A model generated the notes under the pieces. It made no database searches. It had not been told where the DNA came from and saw only the letters and a program-made list of their open reading frames with translations. A program made the position numbers and the translations under genes. A stretch of 63,444 bases of DNA, filler included, from Welwitschia mirabilis (taxonomy: Eukaryota): the NCBI GenBank assembly GCA_051453625.1. It is 6 parts of one record of this genome, joined end to end, with 100 filler letters (N's around TTAATTAATTAA, not from the genome) between each part and the next. Parts side by side here need not be neighbours in the genome. Positions count along the whole stretch, not along the records: positions 1 to 23,555 come from JBOZIK010000001.1; positions 23,656 to 38,990 come from JBOZIK010000001.1; 4 more parts are not named here. One strand, written 5' to 3'. Positions 14,301 through 26,169 of this stretch are shown here, one piece after another. Numbering within the stretch: the stretch's first letter is position 1; every line of letters begins with the position of its first letter.

Positions 14301-17300
14301 GTGAGTACCCTGATCACTAATAATAACTCTAGGAAATACTAAAGCTTTAAAAGATATGAGTTCTAATAAAATAACAAGCATTTTAGGCATCATTCAAAGA
14401 AGTAGGTATGGCTTTAACCCATTTAATCACATAATCCACAACTACTAAAATATAATTCTTATCAGAAGAAGGTGGATGAATAGGGCCTATGAAATTAATA
14501 CCCTAATAATCAAAAGGCTTACACTCAAAAATAGTTCTAAGGGGCATCTCCTATGAACAAATAAGGCTATCATAACACTGATAAGAATCAAACTTTTGGC
14601 AAAATCAAAAGAATAATAAAAAAGAGAAGGCTAATAAAAACTAGAATGGAGGATTTTCATTGTAGTTTTATGTCCACTGAAGTGTCCTCCACAAACATCA
14701 CCATGATAAATATGATGAATCTCAGATATTTCCCAATTAGGCATACATTTTCTCATAATTTTGTCTTTACACCTATGGTACAAATGTGGCTCTATCCATT
14801 CATAGTCATCTATTCTATGGAGAAAATATTTACATTAATTGTAAATCCAATGCTATGGTGTTTCTATGGTTACATGATAGTTAATAGTGTTGGCATGCGA
14901 AGGAGGAGGATGAGAAGAAGATACAGTAAAAAGTTTCTTATTAGAAAAAGGATCATCAATGATAGAATCATCTGGAGAAAAAAAAGACAATACAAATGAT
15001 CGGTAATAGAATTATGCCTTTTTGCTTTATATATGATAGTTAAGTTAAAATTTTGTATAAAAAGGCTCTATCTAATCAAATGTACACTAGAATCTTTGTT
15101 GGTCATGAGATAATAAATAGAAGCATAATCAGTGTACACATTAGTATGAAAACCTAAGAGATAATGTCTAAGAGAATCAAGATAAAAAATAATGGCTAGC
15201 ATTTCTTTCTTTGTAGTGGTGTAATTCATTTGAGATCTAAACAAAGATTTGCTATGGTAAGATATAACATGAAAATAATTTTTATATTTCTGACAAAGTA
15301 CCTCACCAATGGCAAAATTACTCACATCACACATAAGTTCAAAGTTTTTTTCCCCTAATCGAGTATTATTACTATAGGAGCATAAGAAAGTTTATGTTTA
15401 AGCCTATCAAAAGTAAGTTGACAAAATTCATTCCATTTAAATTTGGCTTCTTCCTCTAGTAACAAGTGAAGGGGTTTACAGATATGTGCATAGTAATGAA
15501 TAAATAAATGGTAAAAACCACAATGATTAAGAAAAGGTCTAACCTATTTAACATTTATAGGAGGACTTAGGTTTTGAATAATATTAACTTTTAAAGCATT
15601 CATCCTAAAATAATTTCACTTTTTATGAGAAATAGACTCTTTTTCCAACTCAAGTATAGGCCACTAGTAATACAATGATTTAAGATCTTTTTTAATCAAT
15701 ATAAAAAAAATTTAAGCATAAATGGAAAAGTCATCCATAAATATCTCAATAGAATCCTCAAGTATATCAGAGAAGATACCCATCATAGCATGTTAAAAAG
15801 TACTAGAAGCATTACAAAATTCAAAAGGCATGCATCTAAAAACAAAAGTATCAAAAGAAGAAGTAAAATTGGTTTTGGCTTTATCTTTTATAGTAATGCA
15901 ATCCTAGTTAGAACTACTATAACCATCAAAAAAGTAGTAAAATACATAACCCTGAATCATATCAAGAATCTAATCAAAAAAAGATAAAGGACAGTGGTCT
16001 TTTTTGGTTACCTTAGTTAATTTTCTTAAGTCTATGCACATTCTATATTTTCCATATTTTTTAGGAACTACCATTAATGGACTAGCCCACTCACTATCAG
16101 AAATTGAATAAATGATTCTAGCATCCATTAATTTCATGATTTTATCTTTTACAATTTGTTTAAGGGCTAGATTAAGTCTACGTTGGGGTTGCCTCATAGG
16201 TTTAGCATTTTTTTAAGATAGATTTTATGTTAAATAATGGAAGTAAGCATGGCTATCAAATTATTATGAGACCAAGTGAACGCATTTACCTTAAATTGTA
16301 AAAGGGAGATTAGACTTGATTCTTATTAAGGGATAAGGTTTTTGTTAATAATTAATGGTTTATTTAAGTCATGTTTAGGAAAATGTATTTTACTCCAATA
16401 TCTAAAGGTTTTAGATTTAGATTTAAGTTCAAATTTTCTATTTTCTATAAAATTTTTAGGATAATAGACTATTATCTCAGACTGTCATCCAAACATCAAT
16501 AGTGCATAACTGTTCTCAAAATACTTAGGTCTGCTAAAATCGTGAACTTCTGCATAGTTAACAGACTTAGGCTCTCTACTCTCCAGATTAGAAAATTCAG
16601 TTTTTAGATAGTAAAAATCAAGTTGATCTTTAAAAACATAAAGTTGTCTACTTCATATTGGTAATCAAACAATGTTGGTTTATGAAGTATGGACCATCTT
16701 TCCTTAAGTAGATAGTGCTATAAAAATAGAGTTGTTCTAATTTCTTCCTCCACACTTAAATCATTTTCTAAATCCTTTTTGGCCATATTAAAAATCTTAT
16801 TGAAAACTTTTTATTGCTAAAATAACACTCCATCAAATTAGTTTTTGTGTGTATAATATAATAGGCTATTGGAAAGAAAGCCCTACCTATAAGTAAAGGA
16901 TATCCATCATTATGATTAACTTCTATAATTACAACATCAATCGGGTAGAAATCTTCTTCTATCTGAATGACCAAATCCTTAATCACACCTAACAATTTTT
17001 TCATAGATGATATAGCTAGTTCTAAGATAATTTGTATAGGTTCTACTCTCTCTTTCAACACAAATCTTTAAAAAATGTGCAAGATTATGATGCTAGCACT
17101 AGCTCCAGTATCAATAAAGGCTTTTCTAATCCTTTGGTTTCCTTATAAAGTGATACTCATAGTTGCCTCCCCCTAGATCTTTGAACTTAGACATTTTTGA
17201 TAAACTAAGTTGTTAACTGATTGAGCTAGGAAGACTTTACTAAGGATTGTACATTTTTGTTTTCTTCTAACCAAGTCTTTCCATAACTTTGAATACTTTG

Positions 17301-20199
17301 GATTTTATTGCAAAAGTTTCTAAAATGATAAGTTGATACTAACATTTTGCATTAAGGCTTTTAGATGATCATGAAAACAGGTTTTGTGTTATAATCCTAT
17401 TAAGCCATGAAGTAGTAGCTTTCTTATGTGAAGATTTTTCCTTTTCATTGCTTAATGGAGAAGTGAAATAATAGTTTCTAAGATCTCTATGTTCTGTTCT
17501 TCATTATTTTTGTTACTTTATGATATTTAAGCCTCATAAGTAGGAGGAGTTATGTCATTTTTACTTCTTGTCACCACCTTACAATCTTTTCTAACTTTAT
17601 TTGGGTTCTGTAAAGGTTGAGTGGTAAGAGACCCTTATGGTCTTTGGTTGATAAGCATAGTTTTTTGTAGGATACTTACAAGGTTTTTAAGTTTAGTATT
17701 TATGTTTTCAATGTTTAAGTTGATTTTTTTTTGTGATTTTCATAACTCCTTAATGGAATTCCTAGCAGCATCAGGCTTTGGGAGTTGGATGAGCTTACTA
17801 AGATATTTGAGTTGTTAGATTAAAAGTTTATGTTCTTCAATCTTTTCTTAAAAGGTTGAAATTTAGGATGATTTTTCTGAAAATTTTTGAAGTTGAATTG
17901 TTCACTCATCCTTAGTTAAAAGTTTTTATGATTTTACACTTGTATTTGATTTTAGTTTTGGTTGTAGTTTGATACCTCTAGTTAAAAGCACATGCTTCCT
18001 CATAAATTTTCTCTTTGTAAGTTGGAATTAAAGGATATTCATTGATAACATGATAACTATCCTCACACATGTCACAGGCAGGAACTACAACTTCACTCTT
18101 CTCAGTTGTCATCTTTATATCTAGAATCATTTTGGTACACTTTTCTAAGATAGAAGTAAAATCCTTTATGACATTGATTGGTCCATTTTTAGCTTTTATT
18201 TTATTTTTTTCATGTTTTAACTTTTTAAGGTCTTTAATAATTTGGTATACTATTTATTTTTCTCTAAGTGAGGGTTTAGGCCATGTTTGACTTACTTCTA
18301 CTAAGTCTTTTAGCACTTTTCAAGCATCATCTAAGGTGTGGTTCAATAAGTTACCTTTACATGAAAAATCTATAAGTTTCTTTATGTGACTGTTTAATCC
18401 ACCGTAAAAATAGCCAACAAGTTCTATCTATGAAAAAGCATCTATAAGGTTTGAATGTAAAGAAACAAAGAATCTCTCATAGGTAGAGGAATAGTCTTCA
18501 TTAGGCATTTATTAAAAGTTGGTACCTTCTTTCTTATTTTTTTGGATGGTGGTTTTACTCAAAAATTTCATAATAAAGACTTTTTGAACTTGACTCCAAG
18601 ATTTTAAGCTTTTGTGGGAATTGTTCTTATCCATAGTTTTGCTTTATCTTTTAAAGTAATGGGAAATATAACCATGTAGGTTCTATCACTTATGTGTTTT
18701 TTACCATTTCCAAAAGTGACAACTAACTATCTTATATTGGCAATGTGTTGCAAAGGCTCTTTGTTGGGTTCATCACTAAAAGTAGGATATGCATTTAGAT
18801 TACATCGTTCAACATCATTACTATAAGGTAAGTCATATAGAGTTTGGATTTCATGTTTCTTATTTGCTATGAGATCTCTAAGAGTAACATAGGGATTGGT
18901 ATGAGTAGGAGTGGTTATACGGGTTCCAATAACAAGGGGTGAATTTGTTAAGATAGGTTACTTTTGCTTTTGAAACAAGGTAGACATGGTTGTAAATGAG
19001 AAACTTTCATCTAAATAATCAACAAAAAAAAATTTTTTAAGCAAAAATAGAGTTTACAAAAATGAAAGTAGATATTTTAGGAATTTCTAAATTCTATGTA
19101 CCTTTGTCATTTTTACCTAGTTTAGTTTCTAGGTCTATCAAACTTCTTAGATATTTCCATAATGAATAATTTCTCTCTTTGGTATTTTTCTTTCTTACTA
19201 GATTTTACCATATATGCTCAGTAGTAGATGCATAGAGTATCATCCTGCAGTTGTCTAAATGATAGTCTGAACGAAAGAAAACATAAAAGTCATAAAAAAG
19301 AAAAAATTAAAAAACAGAATGAAGACTGACATAGACAGAAAACTCTAAAAGCATAATGTTATCTACCTAAGTCATCTAAACAACATAGGGGATGATGGGA
19401 AAAACCCTAAAAGTTTTTTGATAGAAAACTGAAATAAAAAACTCATGGCATAGAGGCCATCGTCACTGCATGTCATCTGGATGATGAAGTGGACGACTAA
19501 CTTTTTATTATAAAATAAAATGAAAAACTTTTATTTGAAAAATAGAAAATTGATACTATGAAAAATAAAAATATATTCTACTGCAAATATTGGTACAACA
19601 CTACTGCAGGCAAGCACCTAAATGGAAATAATCACTAGAGCAATAATAACTCTTAAACTCTAAGCTACCTTTCCTAGTAACAGTGCTAAGATATTGCAGT
19701 ATGTATTTATGCAACATTACATCTTGAATAAAATCTTGTCAATCACAAATATAATGCATAAACACAACACATTAATATAGATAGGAGTAACCCAAATGTT
19801 GTAATCCATCGAAGGCCAAGTTGGGAAATAAAAGAGTTGCTTTTCATAAAGAAATGATTTTACTCTAACCTGTAGAAAATAACTTTTAATGCATGAAAGT
19901 AAAAATGCAATGCACTCATGAAAAACTAATATAGAAAAAGGAAATAATAATGCATTTAACCTAAACTAACTAAGTACAACCTTGACAAAGATTTCCCTCG
20001 TAACCTATATTACTAAAGAAACTATCACTAGATTAGAAGCCACATAACCTATGAGGATGAAAAACAATCATACATTAAAATTATAAAAAGAAGCATTTTG
20101 TATTAGATTGAAAACCACATTTATGTTACAAAGTAGTCATACCTTAATGAAGAAAATGCCATCCAATACTAAGGAAAACATCTCTTTACAACTAGAAGG
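8361..20199 (-). mobile_element. Athila-like Ty3/gypsy element (3' LTR from 8361, extra ORF, integrase, RNase H, RT, protease, gag, PBS, 5' LTR from 19692), heavily pseudogenised
   Basis: Minus-strand peptides: RQPQRRLN..SEWASPLMVVPKK..MCIDLRKL (RT, 15970-16197), IFMDDF (~15730), MCDVSNFAIG..YTTTKKEMLAI (RNase H, 15068-15334), PRVIISDQGTHF..YHSQTNG (integrase, 14205-14393), YPLLIGRAF (protease region, 16768-17061). PBS at 19671-19688 next to the LTR end at 19692. Confidence 0.88.
9990..11270 (-). pseudogene. Decayed extra (env-like position) ORF of the Athila-like element
   Basis: Lies between integrase and the 3' LTR. Minus-strand YYISEIRKFYNTMHI resembles the Y..xxREFY.N motif of plant retrotransposon extra ORFs. 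Its C-terminal part is similar to 61500-61790 on the + strand. Boundaries approximate. Confidence 0.5.
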
Positions 20200-20299
20200 N
20201 NNNNNNNNNNNNNNNNNNNNNNNNNNNNNNNNNNNNNNNNNNNNNNNNNNNNNNNNNNNNNNNNNNNNNNNNNNNNNNNNNNNNNNNNNNNNNNNNNNN

Positions 20300-21433
20300 T
20301 TAATTTTTATAGTTTAACATCATCACTAGAAGGTAAATTAAATGGAGTTTTAATTTAACATTTATTTTTTGCTATGAGATCTCTATGGGTGACATGGGCA
20401 TTAGTATGAGTAGGAGTGGTTGTAGGGTTCCAATGAAAAGGGATGGATTTAGTAAGACAGGTTGCTCTTGCTTTTGGGACGAGGTAGACATGGTTAAAAA
20501 TGAGAAACTCTTATCTAAACATTCATTTGAAAAATTCTCTTTAGCCAAATTAGACTTTGTAGAAATTAAAGTAGATATTGTAGGAATTTCTAAATTCTAC
20601 ATACCTTTGTTGTGTTTATCTGATTCAGTTTCCAGGTCTATCAAACCTTCTCAGATATTTTTCATAATAAATAGCTGTTCTCTTTGGTATTTTTTTTTCT
20701 TAATAGATTTTACCATACATGATTAGAATCAGATGCATAGAGTGTCATCTCTACAGTCATCCAGATGATATCTTAGATGATAAAAACATAGAAACCATAA
20801 AAAATAAAAAAGCAAAAAATAGAAAATGAAAAACTAATAGATGCAGAAAAGTCTACAAGAAGACTTTCGTCCACCTGAGTCATCTAGACAACTGAGGAAA
20901 TGATGGGAAAAATTCTAAAAATTTTTGATAAAAAACTAAAACATAAAACTCATGGCCTAGAGGTCGTCATCACTACATGTCGCCTACATAATGAAGCAGA
21001 TGACATGCTTTTTATTATAGAATAGAAAGAAAACTTTTTATTTGAAAAATAGAAAACTAAAACTATGAAAAAAAAACCTATGCTATTTTAGATAATGGTA
21101 CACTGCTATTGTAATCAAGAATCCAAACTGAAATACTCACCAGAGCAATGACAACTCTCGAACTTTAAGCAATCTTCCTGACAATAGTGTCAAGATGTTG
21201 CGGTGTGTATTTATGTAATGTTACATCCTTAGTAAAGTTAAATCCTGTTAATTACAAATATAATGCACAAAGACAACACACTAACATAGATGGGAGTTGA
21301 CCCAAATATTATAATCCATCAAAGGCTAAAGTAAGAAATAATAGAGTTGCTTTCCATAAAGAAATGCTTGTACTTTAATCTATAGAAATAAATTATAATC
21401 CATAAAAGTAAAATGTAACACACTCATGCAAAC
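20300..21433 (-). mobile_element. Second Athila-like 5' end: gag N-terminus, 5' UTR, PBS (21175-21192) and partial 5' LTR (21196-21433)
   Basis: Paralogous to 18830-19930. The LTR end reads TGTTGCGGTG on the + strand and is cut at ~21434 by a + strand LTR. Confidence 0.8.
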
Positions 21434-23555
21434 TATTACATCACAAACTCACGTATATTTGATAGGATATTTTGAGTTGTTTTGTAGGTAATTGACAGAT
21501 AAATGCTTGGATTTCAAGATAATGAAGAAGTGAGATGAAAAGGATGAAAATATGCAATTTCCTAGATAAATTACAAGCATTCTGAGCGAATACAAATAAT
21601 CGGTATTTTTGATGATAATTTTTTGGAAACAACAAGGATAAAGAATTGATGAAAGATCCATTGAAAGACCATTGTCCACATCATCATCTAGATGACAGGA
21701 TGGACAACAACACCCTTGCATGATGATAACTTTGGTAGATAGTCAAACTAACAGCAAATGAAAATTTAACTATGAGTTGGCATCATCTCTTGCATCATCC
21801 AAACAAACAGCCAAATGACACTGATTGTAACGTCTACACTGAATTTTCTTCTAAACTTTTGCCACCTATTTTGATTTCTCTCTACAGTGAAATTAGTGTT
21901 TTTCCCATGTCTTTTTATCAGTTTTATTTTACTTTTTGAGTTAATAAATAGAGGTCTCTCCTCCTGATCATATTTGATTGTACCCAACATACTCATGATA
22001 GAAGATCGAGAAATTGGAGAATCATCCTGTAATTTTAGAAAGACATTTCCTTGGTGTTGGATTGCATTTCCTCCATTGGGGTGCAACTACTTTGTAACAC
22101 AGGTGTGATGTGAATTTTAATATAAACATTTTTTTTATATAAGATCTTCTCCCTTATAGTTTATGTTGCTTGATATTTAGTAATAGCTTCTCTTGTAATA
22201 TAGATTATGAGGGCAACTTTTATCAAGGTTGTGCTTAGTTAGTTTAGATGCATTGTTATTTCTTTTCCTAAATTAGTTTTGCACAAGTGTATTTTAGTTT
22301 CTTTTCATGCATTATAAGTTATGTCTGTAGGTTAGGGTTACCGTATTTTTCATCTTAAAGGTAACTCTTTTATTTTCATACTTTTACCTTCAATGGATTA
22401 CGACATTCGGATCACTCTCATCTATATTAGTGTGTTATGTTTGTGTATATTATTTGTAGTTAATAGGATTCTAATTAGGAGGTAAACATTGCATAAATAC
22501 ATACTGAAACATCTTGGTAACATTACCGGGGAAGGCTACTTAAAGTTCAAGAGTTATCATTGTTTTGATAAGTATTTTAGTTTAGATTCTTGCTACAGCA
22601 GTGGTGTAACAGTACCTACAGTAGCATAGGTTTTGCATTTTTGCATAGTCAGTTTTCTATTTTTTAAATCAAATTATATTTTTCTATTCTATAATAAAAG
22701 TGCGCCATTTATTTTATTATCCAGACAACAGTGATGACGACGACCTTTGTATCGGAAGTTTTCTGTTTCAGTTTTTTTGTTAAATTTTTATAGTGTCATT
22801 ACCATCATTTCCTCTATTATCTAGATAGCATAGGTGGATGACAGTCTATTTTTAGAGTTTTTCCTATCAAAAAGTCAGTTTTTCTTTTCTGTTTTTCTTT
22901 TTTTTGGTTTCTGTGTTTCTGTCGTCTAGGATATCATCCAAACGATACATAAGATGACACTTTTATAGATCTGAGACAAAGTATGAATAGTTAAGTCTAG
23001 CAAAAAGGAAAAATACCAAAGAGAGTGGCTATTGATTATAGAAAACATTATAAAAGGTTTAATAAATCTTGAACTAGAAATAGGTCAAAACAGCAAAGGT
23101 ATGCAAGATTTTGAATTTCCTGCAATTTCTACTTTTATTTCTGCAGAGTTTGATTTTGCTACTATATCGACCTCGGAACAAAAATAAAAATAACCTATCT
23201 TTTAAAATTCACCCTTTTGTTATTGGAACCCCAACTTCTACTCCTTCTCAACCTAATACTCATATCACTTCAAGAGATCTTATAGCAAAAAAAAAAAAAA
23301 AAATTGTGAAATCTAAACTCCTTTCAACTTACCTCCTGGTGATAATGTAGAACGTCCAAACTTGCATGCTTATTCTACCTTTAGTAGAAAACCTGTTGAA
23401 GATTCATTACAACACATTGCCAACATTAAATAACTTGTCCTTACTTCTAGAAATGGTAAAAAAAGAATCAGTGATAGGACTTACATGGTTATCTTTCCCA
23501 TTACCTTAAGAGATAAAGCAAAACTTTGGCTTAGAACGATTTTCCATAAGAGCCT
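21434..23555 (+). mobile_element. Athila-like 5' LTR (21434-22511), PBS (22515-22532), 5' UTR and gag N-terminus
   Basis: LTR ends actgaaaca followed by TGGTAACATTACCGGGGA (decayed Asp-tRNA-type PBS). Gag includes IFPITLRDKAKLWL (~23490). Ends at a scaffold gap. Confidence 0.8.
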
Positions 23556-23655
23556 NNNNNNNNNNNNNNNNNNNNNNNNNNNNNNNNNNNNNNNNNNNNT
23601 TAATTAATTAANNNNNNNNNNNNNNNNNNNNNNNNNNNNNNNNNNNNNNNNNNNN
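23556..23655. other. Artificial scaffold linker 44N-TTAATTAATTAA-44N (also at 39035, 55727, 58544, 61160)
   Basis: The same 12-mer, which has stops in all six frames, is centred in five 100-bp gaps. Confidence 0.95.
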
Positions 23656-25917
23656 AGTACTTAGAATAGGTAAATATTCTTCTTCTTATTCCTTGCATCT
23701 ATGTCCCCTCTACTTTTCTTCTACTGATTTTCAATCATTTCCGCATTTTCTTCTTTTTCTTAGGACTTTACTCATTTAGTAGTTTTTATTCTAGTCATTT
23801 TTGCATTTTTTTCATTAGTTTAGGTAATTCGGGACACATTGCACATTTTAAGTGGGGGGCAAGACACACATATTTTCAATATTTTTGATATGAATTTTTT
23901 AATTATAAGTAACATTATTGTAGATCCTCCTTTTGAATCAACTATTGAAACAGGATCCCTTGCTTTTTACATGATTATCTTTATATTTTACTATTTATCA
24001 CAGTGAGGAGCTAATTATCAGTATTATTAATTAATAAAATATTTGATTTTTGTCATAGGTTCCAACTTTAGAAAAACTTTTGAGGAGCCTATCATCCCCG
24101 TAATTGTCTGGATGACATACCGGATGATGAATTTTTAAATGCTATATAGGTATTTTTATTTAGTTTTTGAATTTTTAGAAACTTAGTCCATTACTGATAT
24201 ATATATATTTTGATTACTTCCTTTAGATATCCTAGACATTTTATTGTTACAAAAGTTGGCTTGAAAACATAGTTTACCATCTGAATTTATCAGGGACTGA
24301 CAAGGCTAAGTGGGGGGCTATGTTGCGCTACCAACTTACATGTATTTGATAGGATATTCTCAGTTCTTTCGTAGATAAATTAATAGATAAATGCTTAGTT
24401 CTTATGATAATCAAGATGAAATAGATGAAATAGATGAAAACATGTAAATTCCAGATAAAATACAAGCATTTCATATAGATATAGATAAATATTATTTCAG
24501 ATAATGATTCTTGCAGACAATAAAGCAATTGCACTGACTAAAGATTAAGAAAATACTATCATCCCCCATACCATCCAGATGATAGTTAGGATGACAAATT
24601 CACTTGAGCAATAATAGAGTTCACATATAAATAACTTATAGTTAAACTAAGATTTATGTACCCGACATTGTCGTTCACCTAATCATCTAGTTGTCACGAG
24701 TAGATGACATCTGCAAACTAGTCAATAGTACTTCATAGGCAGATCATCAGCAGTTAAACTAAAAAAGACCTAGAGTTCTAATTATCAGTCCTTCTCTTCT
24801 TCTCCTTCATCTAAACGATAATAAAGATAACACTATTCTCTCACAATTTTATCGAATGTATTCCCAAGTTGTCGTCACTTCTTTGCGACTTTACTTTGCA
24901 TGTCATCTAGGGTTTTTATTCTACTTCTCTGTTAGTTTCCATTTCTTTTCTGTCTATAAATAAAGTTCTCCCCCTTAATCCCTAGTCTTTAATAGTACTT
25001 GACATTCTCATGATAGAAGATCTTAGGACCAGATAATTATCTTGTAATTCAGAGAGATGTTATGTTAGTTTTGGGTGGCATATCCTCCATTAAGGAATGA
25101 CTACTTTGTGATACAGATGTCTTTTATGCTGGTAATATGAATTATTCTTTTTATTCAATATATGTAGAAATCTCTCCCTCATAGTTTATGTTGTTAAAGA
25201 TTCGTGACAAGTTTCTTTTATTATATATATTATGAGGGTAACCTTTGTCAAGGTTGAGCTTGATTAGATTAGGTGCATTGTTGTTTCTTTTCATAGAGTA
25301 GTTTTGCATCATTATTTTAATTTTATGCATTGAAATTTATTTCAGTAGACTAGAGTTACATATTTATTTCTCAAAATCAACCCTTATTATTCATACTATT
25401 GGTCTTCTATGGAATTACGACATTCGGATCACTCCCGACTATACTAGTGTGCTATATTTGTGCATCTTATTTGTAATTAACAAGATTTAAATCAAGGCAT
25501 AAAACATTGCANNNNNNNNNNNNNNNNNNNNNNNNNNNNNNNNNNNNNNNNNNNNNNNNNNNNNNNNNNNNNNNNNNNNNNNNNNNNNNNNNNNNNNNNN
25601 NNNNNNNNNNNNNNNNNNNNNNNNNNNNNNNNNNNNNNNNNNNNNNNNNNNNNNNNNNNNNNNNNNNNNNNNNNNNNNNNNNNNNNNNNNNNNNNNNNNN
25701 NNNNNNNNNNNNNNNNNNNNNNNNNNNNNNNNNNNNNNNNNNNNNNNNNNNNNNNNNNNNNNNNNNNNNNNNNNNNNNNNNNNNNNNNNNNNNNNNNNNN
25801 NNNNNNNNNNNNNNNNNNNNNNNNNNNNNNNNNNNNNNNNNNNNNNNNNNNNNNNNNNNNNNNNNNNNNNNNNNNNNNNNNNNNNCATAAAACATTGCAT
25901 AAATTCGCACTGCAACA
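23656..25917 (+). mobile_element. Athila-like 3' region with PPT (24302-24317) and 3' LTR (24321-25917, spurious internal gap)
   Basis: aaggctaagtgggggg followed by cta and TGTTGC; ends TGCAACA at 25917. The gap 25512-25885 is flanked on both sides by the same cataaaacattgca. Confidence 0.8.
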
Positions 25918-26169
25918 CACATGTTGTCTTAGAAGTGGTAGATACATCAATAAAGAAACCTTTAGAAGTAGTAAAAGATTTGCTAGTTCAAATTAAAAAA
26001 GCATTCTATCTAATTGATATGGTTGTGATTGCAGTTGGGCATAATGGAGGTTATCCACTACTTCTAGGTAGAGCGTTTTATGCAATAACCATTGTATTAT
26101 TGATACAAGAATTGGAATGATGGAGTATTACTTTAAAAAAATTATTTTATAGTTAAAGTTTTTAATGCT

